The notes under the pieces: model-generated
Databases searched by the model: none
Seen by the model: only the letters and a program-made list of their open reading frames with translations
What the model was told of the DNA's origin: nothing
Translations under genes and position numbers: made by a program
In this document: positions 49,636 through 58,326 of the stretch, in pieces
Layout of the letters: every line of letters begins with the position of its first letter
Position numbering within the stretch: position 1 is the first letter of the stretch
Source of the DNA: Thermoanaerobaculia bacterium
Lineage (GTDB): Bacteria > Acidobacteriota > Thermoanaerobaculia > Multivoradales > Multivoraceae
Reading direction: 5' to 3'
DNA: 64,000 nucleotides
Assembly: GCA_963666565.1 (NCBI GenBank)
Contig: OY762911.1
Location: 2,560,001-2,624,000 of the forward strand

Positions 49636-50811
49636 ATGAGCGACGACACGGTTGGACAGGATCGGGCCCTGGACGCGGAGGACGCCGCCGAGGAGGCGCC
49701 GCCGACTCGCGACGCCGTGGCTCTCGACAGGTTGAGGCAGGCGGCTGCCGCGGCCGGCGCCGAGGCCGTCGTGCTGACGCCGGGCGCGACGATGACCTGG
49801 CTCCTTGGCCACCGCTTCGAGGGCCACGAACGGCTGTTCCTGCTCGTCGTGCCGACCACCGGCGCGCCGGTCGCGGTGGTTCCGGCCTTGGAGGAGGCCA
49901 ACTTCCGCGGCGCGGCGCCGGCGGTCGAGTCGGTGCATCTCTGGGACGACGCGGACGGCCCGGAGGCGGCCGCGGCCGCGGCATTCGAGGGGCTCGCCAA
50001 GGCGTCGCGGGTGGCGATCGAGCCGCTGAGCCTCCGCTACATGGAGATCCAGCACCTGAGCCGCGAGCTGCCGAAGGCGAAGCTCGAGAGCGCCGAGTCG
50101 ATCGTGAGCGAGCTGCGGCTCAAGAAGACCGACGAAGAGGCGGCGGCGATGCAGCAGGCGTCCAAGATCGCCGAGGCGGCGCTCGAGTTCACGCTGCGCG
50201 ACGTCAAGCCGGGGCGCACCGAGCGCGAGATCGCGGCCAAGCTGTCGAGCGAGCTGCTGCGCCGCGGCGGGGGCGGCATCTCCTTCGGCCCGATCGTCCT
50301 CAGCGGACCGAAGAGCGCGCTGCCCCACGGCGTGCCGGACGACCGGGAGATGCAGGAGGGCGAGTTCCTGCTCGTCGACTTCGGAACCTCCTTCGAGGGC
50401 TACCACTGCGACATCACCCGCACCTTCGTGGTCAGCGGCTCGCCGTCGGACCGCATGCGGGAGGTCTACGAGGCGGTGCTGCAGGCGAACATCCGCGGGG
50501 TGGCGGCGTCGCGGCCGGGCGTGACCTACGACTACGTCGACAGGAACTGCCAGGCGAACCTGCGCGCCTCCCGGTTCAAGGGGTTCATGACCCACCGCAC
50601 CGGCCACGGCCTGGGCCTGGAGATCCACGAGCCGCCGTCCGTGATGGCGGGCAACGAGGACATCGTCGAGGAGGGGGCGGTGTTCACGGTCGAGCCCGGC
50701 CTGTACCTGGAGGGCTGGGGCGGGGTGAGGATCGAGGACAACGTCCGCGTGACGGAGCAGGGTTGCGAACTGCTGACGTCGTCGCCGCGGGAGCTGCGGA
50801 TCCTCGGCTGA
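49636..50811 (+). CDS. Xaa-Pro peptidase (M24 family)
   Basis: SALPHG, DFG..GYHCDITRT, HRTGHGLGLEIHE, TVEPGLY, GVRIED. Confidence 0.93.
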   Translation: MSDDTVGQDRALDAEDAAEEAPPTRDAVALDRLRQAAAAAGAEAVVLTPGATMTWLLGHRFEGHERLFLLVVPTTGAPVAVVPALEEANFRGAAPAVESVHLWDDADGPEAAAAAAFEGLAKASRVAIEPLSLRYMEIQHLSRELPKAKLESAESIVSELRLKKTDEEAAAMQQASKIAEAALEFTLRDVKPGRTEREIAAKLSSELLRRGGGGISFGPIVLSGPKSALPHGVPDDREMQEGEFLLVDFGTSFEGYHCDITRTFVVSGSPSDRMREVYEAVLQANIRGVAASRPGVTYDYVDRNCQANLRASRFKGFMTHRTGHGLGLEIHEPPSVMAGNEDIVEEGAVFTVEPGLYLEGWGGVRIEDNVRVTEQGCELLTSSPRELRILG

Positions 50812-50825
50812 CGAACGCGCGGCGC

Positions 50826-53800
50826 CTAGAAGTGGACGTGCAGGCCGATCTGGCCGCGGCGGCTGTCTCCCAGGCCGCTGCGGATCGTGCCGTCGAAGTT
50901 GAAGAGCAGCGAGCCCTGGGAGGCGTCGAGCCGGTTGTCGGCGTTCGTCAGGTTGAAGATCTCGAACACCGGTTCGAGGGTGACGCCTCTGCCCAGGGTG
51001 AACGGTCTGGACAGGCGGATGTCCCAGGTCAGGAACTCGTTGTCGCGCCGCAGGGTGTTGCGCTGGAGGATGCTGCCGTCGGCGCAGATGCGGTCGGACG
51101 GCTGGGCGGCGCGCTGGCCGCGGTTGGCGCATGACTCGGAGACGGGCGACGCGGAGAGGTAGCGGAACGAGTTGCTGAGCCGGACATCGCCGGGCAGGGC
51201 GAAGAGGAGGTAGCCGGCGACCTGGTGCCGTCGGTCGCGGTCCGACCAGCCGTACTCGGGGCCGAAGTCGGTCGGGTCGGCGTAGCGGTAGGTGAACGGG
51301 TCCCGCTCGTTGTCGTCGTCCGATCGGTCCCGGCTGAGCGTGTAGTTCACCTCGAAGGTGAGCAGGCCGCCCGCGGCGTTCCGGCCGCGCAGGGTGGCCG
51401 TCAGGGCGTGGTAGCGCGACCGCGCCGTGCTCTCCGCGCTGTTCAGGGCGTTGATGCCGCCGCCGCCGGGATGCGTGCCGACGCCGAAGGGCGCGCCCAG
51501 GGCGGCGGCGTTGCGGTCGACGAAGCGGAACAGGCGGCTGCTCCGGGCGTGCTGGACCGTGAGTTCGCCGACGATTCCGCCGCCCAGCCGCCGCTCCAGG
51601 CCGAGGGCGAGGGAACGGGTCTCGGGCAGTTCGAAGTCGCGGTCCCAGACGTAGATGTCGGGCAGGAACGGCGAGGTCGTCGAACCGTCGATCTGCTCGT
51701 CGATGGCGGGCACGCGGCCCAGCGCGGGCGAGGCGGCGCTGCTGCGGAACAGGGTCTGCTGGTAGGCCCCGTTCGTCGTGCGGGGCGTCGCCATCATCAG
51801 GCTCGGCACGCGCGACACGTAGGAACCCGCGTTCGCCCGGAGCACCGTGGCGCCGTCGCCGGCGACGTCCCAGGCCAGGCCCAGGCGCGGCTGAAGGTTG
51901 TCCAGGTCGTCGGGGAACGTGCCGTCGGACGGGAACCTCGGGTCGTCGAGGTACGGGGCGAACCAGGTGTCCTCCGGCTGGATCAGCGGACCCGGATACC
52001 AGGTCCCCTCCCAGCGCAGGCCGAGGTTCAGGACCAGCCGGTCCGCCGCCTGCCAGGCGTCCTGGACGAAGACGCCAACCTCGTCGACCTCGTAGTCCTG
52101 CAGGCCGAGGCGCTCGGGCGGCACGCCGGGGACGGTAGCGGCCTGCAGGTAGAGCAGCACGGGCCCCCGGATCTCTGCGCCTGGGGGGCAGACGCCCTCG
52201 GCGCTGCTCGAGCCGTCGGAGCAGGTCACGTAGCCGTTCCCCTGCTCGACGAAGGCGATGAAGCCGTCGACGGAGTCGAAGAGGTAGCGGCTGTTCGCGA
52301 AGCCGATGAACTGCTGCCCGACGCCGGTGCGGTTCACCTCGATTCCGGCCTTGACGAGGTGGTCGTCGAGCAGGATCGAGACGTTGTCCACTGCCTGCCT
52401 GCGGCTGTCGAAGGAGCTCGGGATAGGCAGGAAGAAGGGCAGGCCGATGCGGAAGCCGTCCGCGAAGTCCATCCCGATGTCGGGGAACGGCCGTCCTCCC
52501 TGGCCGGCGAAGAGCGGCGGCGCCGGCGCCCCCGGGAGGTTGGGGCCGCCGTAGCGCCGGGGCCGGTCCTCGCGCGCCCACTGCAGGCGCGCCTCGTTCG
52601 AGGTCCGGTTGTTCAGGAGCGACCGGAGGCTCAGGTTGACCGCGTGCGAGTAGTCCTGCTCGATGCCGTTCGCGGACAGACCCCAGGAATCGACGTCGAA
52701 CGTGCCGTTGACCTGCTCCGACCAGGTGTAGTTGTACTTGACCGACGCCTGGTGGCTCGGGCCGAGGTTGACGTCGAGCTTCGCGATCAGGGCGCGGTTG
52801 TCGTCCGTGCGCTCGATGGGGCCGAACTCGTCGTCGAAGAGGCCGGGCCAGCGGCGCTGGAGGAAGGCGTCGAGCCGGGCGAGGTTGGCGGGACCCGCGA
52901 CCTCGCGCACGGCCTGCTTCGTCTCCGCCGCGTCCTGCTCGTCGTAAGCGCCGAAGAAGAAGATCCGGTCGCGCCGGATCGGGCCGCCGAAGGTGAAGCC
53001 GTACTGAAGGCGCTCGAAGTCCGGCTTCGCCGCCTCGCCCGAGGGGTGCTCCGACGAGATCCCGTCCCATTGCCGGAACGTGTGGGCGGTGCCCTCGAAC
53101 TCGTTCGTGCCGGACTTCGTGATCACGTTGACGAAGCCGCCGGCCGAGCGGCCGAACTCGGCGGTCGCGCCCTGGTTGATGACCACCATCTCCTGGATCG
53201 CGTCCTGGTTGAAGGTGAAGGCCGGCCGCTGGCCGCCGCGCTGCTCGCCGAAGAACGAGTTGTTGAAGTCGGCGCCGTCGACGATGAAGTTGTTGAAGAT
53301 GCCGCGCTGGCCGCTGACGTTCAGTTCGTCGCCGTCCGGTCCCTGGGAGATCGAGGCGCCGGGCGTCAGCAGGGTCAGGTCGAAGAAGTTGCGGCCGTTC
53401 GTGGGCAGGCCTTCGATCACCTCGTCGTCGAGCCGCTGGGACGACGTGGTGTCCTCGGTGGCGGCCGTGCCCCAGGCGTCGGCGACGACCGGGATCTCCT
53501 CGGCGACGACCGGTCTGAGGTCGATGTCGAGGTTCAGGCTCTGGCCGACCCGCAGCGTGATGCCCGAGAGCCGCTCCATCAGGCCGTCGGCGTCCCTGGT
53601 CACGATCAGCTCGTACGACCCGAGCGGCAGCAGCGTGCGAGCGAAGGCGCCCGTGGCCGTCGTCTCGACGGAGGTCGTGAACCCCGTCTCGGTGTGCTGG
53701 AACAGCACCTGGGCGCCGGCGACCGGCGCCCCGCCGGGGCCGCGCACGGTGCCGCGGATGATCCCGGTCGTCGCTTCGGACTGGCCGGCAACGGGGACGG

Positions 53801-53846
53801 CGGCGGCAGCGAGCAGGATGGTGGCGAGCGTCGAACGGAGGGACAT
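50826..53846 (-). CDS. TonB-dependent receptor-like outer-membrane protein (carboxypeptidase regulatory-like N-terminus)
   Basis: Signal peptide, LPTNGRNF..L..LTPG, VDGADFN, AEFGRSAGG..NVITKSGTN, QPRLGLAW and C-terminal Phe. Confidence 0.9.
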   Translation of the reverse strand: MSLRSTLATILLAAAAVPVAGQSEATTGIIRGTVRGPGGAPVAGAQVLFQHTETGFTTSVETTATGAFARTLLPLGSYELIVTRDADGLMERLSGITLRVGQSLNLDIDLRPVVAEEIPVVADAWGTAATEDTTSSQRLDDEVIEGLPTNGRNFFDLTLLTPGASISQGPDGDELNVSGQRGIFNNFIVDGADFNNSFFGEQRGGQRPAFTFNQDAIQEMVVINQGATAEFGRSAGGFVNVITKSGTNEFEGTAHTFRQWDGISSEHPSGEAAKPDFERLQYGFTFGGPIRRDRIFFFGAYDEQDAAETKQAVREVAGPANLARLDAFLQRRWPGLFDDEFGPIERTDDNRALIAKLDVNLGPSHQASVKYNYTWSEQVNGTFDVDSWGLSANGIEQDYSHAVNLSLRSLLNNRTSNEARLQWAREDRPRRYGGPNLPGAPAPPLFAGQGGRPFPDIGMDFADGFRIGLPFFLPIPSSFDSRRQAVDNVSILLDDHLVKAGIEVNRTGVGQQFIGFANSRYLFDSVDGFIAFVEQGNGYVTCSDGSSSAEGVCPPGAEIRGPVLLYLQAATVPGVPPERLGLQDYEVDEVGVFVQDAWQAADRLVLNLGLRWEGTWYPGPLIQPEDTWFAPYLDDPRFPSDGTFPDDLDNLQPRLGLAWDVAGDGATVLRANAGSYVSRVPSLMMATPRTTNGAYQQTLFRSSAASPALGRVPAIDEQIDGSTTSPFLPDIYVWDRDFELPETRSLALGLERRLGGGIVGELTVQHARSSRLFRFVDRNAAALGAPFGVGTHPGGGGINALNSAESTARSRYHALTATLRGRNAAGGLLTFEVNYTLSRDRSDDDNERDPFTYRYADPTDFGPEYGWSDRDRRHQVAGYLLFALPGDVRLSNSFRYLSASPVSESCANRGQRAAQPSDRICADGSILQRNTLRRDNEFLTWDIRLSRPFTLGRGVTLEPVFEIFNLTNADNRLDASQGSLLFNFDGTIRSGLGDSRRGQIGLHVHF

Positions 53847-53948
53847 GATCGAAGCCGGGAAGACGGCGGCCCGCGGCGGAGACGGGATGATAGCCGGCGC
53901 CGTGGTGGCGCAGGCGGTGGATGTCGAAGGACGGAGTAGATTGCGGTC

Positions 53949-54932
53949 ATGGGTGGCCGGCGGATGGCGGTGACGATGGGGGATGCCGCGGGAGTTGGAC
54001 CGGAGATCGCGGTACGCCGGTTTGCCGAGGGGTTGTTGGGCAGTGACAGCGTGGTCTACGGCGACGCGGCGGTGCTGGCGAGCGCGGCGGCGGTCCTGGG
54101 TATGGATGTACGGATCCAATCGGTCCAGGATCCGGACGAGGCGGTCGAAGGTGCGCTGAACGTCCGCGACCTGAGATTGCTGAGCGCGGATCGGGTGACG
54201 CCAGGGGTCCTGAGTCGAGAGGCGGGCGCGGCGGCTTTGGCCTATGTCGACTGTGCCACCCGTGACGCATTGTCGGGCAACGTCGCGGGGGTCGTCACCC
54301 TGCCGATGAACAAGGAGGCGACGCGGATGTCGCGGCCGGGCTTCCAGGGGCACACGGAGTTCATCGCCGGGCTGTGCGGCGTCCGCGACTTCGCGATGAT
54401 GCTGACGGTGCCGGAGTTGGCCGTGACGCACGTCAGCGCTCACGTCAGCCTGCGCGAGGCGATCGAGCGGGTGGAACCGGTGCGGATCCGCAAGGTGATC
54501 GACCTGACCCACGAGGCGCTGTCGCGGTTCGTCGAGCGGCCGCGGATCGCCGTCTGCGGGTTGAACCCTCATGCCGGGGAGCACGGCCTGTTCGGCGTCG
54601 AGGACGAGGAGATCGTCCGGCCGACGATCGAGGCCGCGGCGGCCGACGGTATCGACGTGTCCGGTCCGCATCCGGCGGATACGGTCTTCCGTCAGGCGAT
54701 TCATCTCGACCGCTACGACGCCGTCGTCTGCATGTACCACGACCAGGGCCATGCGCCGATGAAGCTCTACGGCTTCGAACGGGGCGTCAATGTGACGATC
54801 GGCCTGCCCATCGTCCGTACCTCGGTCGACCATGGCACCGCCTTCGACATCGCCTGGCAGGGCAAGGCGTTCACGGACTCGCTGGGCCACGCGCTGGAGT
54901 ACGCGCGGAAGTTGGCAGGGCGAACGAAGTAG
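53949..54932 (+). CDS. pdxA: 4-hydroxythreonine-4-phosphate dehydrogenase (PdxA family)
   Basis: TMGDAAGVGPE, GHTE, GLNPHAGE, MYHDQG, RTSVDHGTAFDIA. Confidence 0.93.
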   Translation: MGGRRMAVTMGDAAGVGPEIAVRRFAEGLLGSDSVVYGDAAVLASAAAVLGMDVRIQSVQDPDEAVEGALNVRDLRLLSADRVTPGVLSREAGAAALAYVDCATRDALSGNVAGVVTLPMNKEATRMSRPGFQGHTEFIAGLCGVRDFAMMLTVPELAVTHVSAHVSLREAIERVEPVRIRKVIDLTHEALSRFVERPRIAVCGLNPHAGEHGLFGVEDEEIVRPTIEAAAADGIDVSGPHPADTVFRQAIHLDRYDAVVCMYHDQGHAPMKLYGFERGVNVTIGLPIVRTSVDHGTAFDIAWQGKAFTDSLGHALEYARKLAGRTK

Positions 54933-55069
54933 GCCTCGGTCTGCGGGTATTCTGTGCGGCGAACAGGGCAAGATCCTGACGGGAGCGAACCGCTTGCCGG
55001 AGAAGTAGTTCGGCCCTCGTCGGAGAGCACGATCGGGTTCACCGGAAGAGTCTGAAGGGGAGAGAGGCC

Positions 55070-56302
55070 ATGAGGATGGGTAGTGACATGGCGCCTGGCC
55101 GACGGTGCCGGGCCGCTGCGGCATGGGTGATGTTGGCGATGGCACTGTTTCTTGGCGCCTGCGAACCGGCAGCGGCTCCTGACCGCGGCCCGCTTTCGGA
55201 GGACGAACTGACGGCGCTGGCCGCCGAAGTCGGCCCCGACTGGGAGGTCGTGCAGGAGTACCGGAAGAGCCATCAGGAGTGGAACGAGCGCGTTCTCGAC
55301 AGCCTCGGTTCGCAGGAGGAAGAAGGAGAAACCGTCGACGGTGCGGACGCGGATCTGGAGTCGGAACGGCCCGACATCAGCCGTGCTGCCGCCGCGGCGA
55401 TCGCGATTCTCGAGCACGAGGCCGGGCACGAGAAGAGGGGTGAGGCGGCACGGTTTCTTGCCGTGGACGGGGCCAGGGCACCGGGGGGCGACGACCTTGC
55501 TTATCGAGGGGCGAAGGCCCTGTTCGACGGCGACGCCGAGGTGCAGGGGTGGCCGATGCTCCTGGCCCAGATGGACATCGCGCGGCAACTCGGCGAGGAC
55601 GGAGAGCCGACCGGCTCCGCCATCGACCGGTTCTTCGAGGAACTGGCCTCCGGCGCCGGCGATCCCAGGTACCGCGCGGCCGGGCGCTTCTACTTCGCGT
55701 CGGGGCTCATTGCCTCGCTCAACGTGGGCCCGCTGTCCTCGGCGGATCGCGCGGCCAGACGCGAGCGCGCGCTGCAGGCGGCGACCGGGTTGAGCGCCGG
55801 CGTCGAAGACGAGCGTGTCCTGCTGGTTGCTCGCGTTCGGACGTTTGCGGAGGCGGAGGAGGACCTCGTTCGGACGATCCGCCACGCAACCGTCGGTGCG
55901 ACGGTCGCGGACGTCGAGGGCGCCGGGCTCGACGGCGCCCCGGAGGCGTTGTCCGACTATCGGGGCAAGGTGGTGCTGCTCGACTTCTGGGCGACGTGGT
56001 GCAAGCCGTGCATCGCGGCGTTGCCTGAACTCCGGCGTCTGGTCGCCGATCTGCCTGCGGACCGGTTCGTTCTACTGGCGATCAGCGTCGACGGTCAGCT
56101 CGAGACCGCGACCCGCTTCATGGAGAGCGAGCCGATGCCTTTCACTCACTGGTACGTTGGCGCGCAGAGCGACATCGCACGGATCCTGGATGTCTACTCC
56201 TTTCCCACCTACATGCTGATCGACGAGCAGGGCGAGATTCTGGCCAGAACGAACGGACTCGACGACGACTTCCTGGCCCTGATCGAAGAGACGGTGGGCT
56301 AG
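55070..56302 (+). CDS. TlpA-like thiol-disulfide oxidoreductase lipoprotein
   Basis: Lipobox LGAC. C-terminal YRGKVVLLDFWATWCKPC...FPT. Confidence 0.85.
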   Translation: MRMGSDMAPGRRCRAAAAWVMLAMALFLGACEPAAAPDRGPLSEDELTALAAEVGPDWEVVQEYRKSHQEWNERVLDSLGSQEEEGETVDGADADLESERPDISRAAAAAIAILEHEAGHEKRGEAARFLAVDGARAPGGDDLAYRGAKALFDGDAEVQGWPMLLAQMDIARQLGEDGEPTGSAIDRFFEELASGAGDPRYRAAGRFYFASGLIASLNVGPLSSADRAARRERALQAATGLSAGVEDERVLLVARVRTFAEAEEDLVRTIRHATVGATVADVEGAGLDGAPEALSDYRGKVVLLDFWATWCKPCIAALPELRRLVADLPADRFVLLAISVDGQLETATRFMESEPMPFTHWYVGAQSDIARILDVYSFPTYMLIDEQGEILARTNGLDDDFLALIEETVG

Positions 56303-56304
56303 CC

Positions 56305-57639
56305 GTGGGCGGGAGCCGTTCTTCCTTCGCTGTCGCTCTCCTGCTGGCGGCGCTCCTCGCCGGGCCGGCGGCCGTTTCCTCCCAGGACCTCGCCGACGCG
56401 ATCGCCGAGGACTACCGGACCGAACTGAAGGCCCTCTTCGAGCACTTCCACCGCAACCCGGAACTCTCCTTCCTCGAACACGAGACGGCGGCGCGGCTCG
56501 CCGACGAGCTGAGCGAATCGGGCGTCGAGGTGACGGAGGGCATCGGCCGAACCGGCATCGTCGGCATGATGGAGAACGGCGACGGACCGCTGGTCCTCGT
56601 GCGGGCCGACATGGACGGTCTGCCGGTGGCGGAGAGGTCCGAACTGCCCTACGCCTCGACGGCGACCCAGGTCGACCTCTCGGGCGAGGAAGTCCCGGTC
56701 ATGCACGCCTGCGGCCACGACATGCACATCACGACGATGGTCGGGGTGGCGCGGCGGCTCGCCGCGATGCGCGACCGGTGGTCGGGCACGGTCATGTTCG
56801 TGGGCCAGCCGGCGGAAGAGCGGATCATGGGCGCCCGCGAAATGCTCGAGGACGGCCTGTACGAGCGCTTCGGCGTGCCGGACTACGCGCTGGCGCTCCA
56901 CGTTTCGGCCGGCCGGCCGGCCGGGAAGATCGAGGTGCCGCCGGGCCTGCTCGCGTCGTCGTCGGACAGCGTCGACATCACCGTGTTCGGGGTCGGCGCG
57001 CACGGGGCGTCGCCGCACCGGGGCAAGGACCCGATCTACATCGCGGCGCAACTCGTCGTCGCGCTCCAGGGCATCGTGAGCCGCGAGCTCAATCCGCTCG
57101 ACCCCGGCGTCGTGACGGTCGGTGCGATCCACGGCGGCTTCAAGCACAACGTGATCCCGGACCGGGTCGAACTGCAGCTCACGGTGCGGGCGAACAACGA
57201 GGAGACGCGGGAGCAATTGCTCTCGGCGATCGAGCGGATCGCGGAGGGCGTCGGCCGCGCGGCAGGGCTTCCCGCCTCGCTGCTGCCGAACGTGGTGCGC
57301 ACGAAGGAATCGACTCCGGTCACGGAGAACGACCCGGAACTCGCGGCCCGGGTGCGCGCCGCGATCGCCGCGGGCATGGGCGAGGACGTGTTCTACAGCG
57401 CGCCGCCCTCGGGCATGGGCGCCGAGGACTTCGCCTACTTCGTCCGCACCGAGCACAAGGTGCCCGGCACTTACTTCAACGTCGGCGGCACGGACCCCGC
57501 CGACCTGGAAGCGGAGGCGGCCGGCGGACCGCCGGTCCCGGGGCACCACTCCCCCTTCTTCCGCATCGAACCGGAACCGTCGATCCGCGCCGGCGTCGAG
57601 GCGATGACGCTGGCGGTGCTCGACCTGCTGCGGCCCTAG
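56305..57639 (+). CDS. M20-family amidohydrolase (hippurate hydrolase-like), secreted
   Basis: HRNPELS, RADMDGL, HACGHDMH, QPAEE, GAEDF, HHSP. Confidence 0.92.
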   Translation: MGGSRSSFAVALLLAALLAGPAAVSSQDLADAIAEDYRTELKALFEHFHRNPELSFLEHETAARLADELSESGVEVTEGIGRTGIVGMMENGDGPLVLVRADMDGLPVAERSELPYASTATQVDLSGEEVPVMHACGHDMHITTMVGVARRLAAMRDRWSGTVMFVGQPAEERIMGAREMLEDGLYERFGVPDYALALHVSAGRPAGKIEVPPGLLASSSDSVDITVFGVGAHGASPHRGKDPIYIAAQLVVALQGIVSRELNPLDPGVVTVGAIHGGFKHNVIPDRVELQLTVRANNEETREQLLSAIERIAEGVGRAAGLPASLLPNVVRTKESTPVTENDPELAARVRAAIAAGMGEDVFYSAPPSGMGAEDFAYFVRTEHKVPGTYFNVGGTDPADLEAEAAGGPPVPGHHSPFFRIEPEPSIRAGVEAMTLAVLDLLRP

Positions 57640-57641
57640 CG

Positions 57642-58310
57642 GTGCCCAGACCGGAAGGCCCGTTCGAACCGATACCGGAACCGGGACTGCGCGAGGTTCT
57701 CGCCGAACTCGAGCGGCTGTATCCGGACGCGGACTGCGAACTGCGGCACGAGAACGCGCTGCAACTCCTGATCGCGACGATCCTCTCGGCCCAGTCGACG
57801 GACGTGCGGGTCAATCAGGTGACGGAGACCCTGTTCGAGCGCTATCGGAACGTCGAGGACTTCGCCGCGGCCGATCCGGCCGTCTTCGAGCAGGAGATCC
57901 GGAGCACCGGCTTCTTCCGCAACAAGACGAAGAGCGTGCTCGGCGCGGCCCGGAAGATCGTCGACGACTTCGGCGGCAAGGTGCCGGACACGATGGAGGA
58001 GCTGGTTACCCTTCCCGGCGTGGCGCGGAAGACGGCGAACGTGGTGCTCGGCACCTGGTTCGGGAAGCCGGTCGGCGTCGTCGTCGACACCCACATCGGC
58101 CGGCTGGGGCGACGTCTGGGCATCACCGCCGAGACCGATCCGGTCAAGGTCGAGCGGGACCTGATGCGGCGGCTGCCGCGCGACAAGTGGATCTTCATGG
58201 GCCACGCGATCATCTGGCACGGCCGCCGCGTCTGCGCCGCGCGGCGGCCCGATTGCGCGAGCTGCACGCTCGCCGAGTGGTGCCCTCGCAACGGTCTGCC
58301 GGCCTGCTAG
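57642..58310 (+). CDS. nth: Endonuclease III
   Basis: LSAQSTD, HhH LPGVARKTANVV, VDTH and 4Fe-4S motif CAARRPDCASCTLAEWC. Confidence 0.95.
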   Translation: MPRPEGPFEPIPEPGLREVLAELERLYPDADCELRHENALQLLIATILSAQSTDVRVNQVTETLFERYRNVEDFAAADPAVFEQEIRSTGFFRNKTKSVLGAARKIVDDFGGKVPDTMEELVTLPGVARKTANVVLGTWFGKPVGVVVDTHIGRLGRRLGITAETDPVKVERDLMRRLPRDKWIFMGHAIIWHGRRVCAARRPDCASCTLAEWCPRNGLPAC

Positions 58311-58326
58311 GCTGCCGCCGTTCGCA

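Noticed and set aside
48325-53070. 1581-aa ORF suggesting a giant protein
   Set aside because: Only the last ~397 codons (from ATG 49518) are an acyl-CoA dehydrogenase. The rest is off-frame read-through across the TonB receptor and the M24 peptidase.
54933-55069. Purine-rich intergenic region before the TlpA-like gene as a possible riboswitch/ncRNA
   Set aside because: No recognisable conserved aptamer motifs by eye. An Rfam/Infernal scan would be needed.
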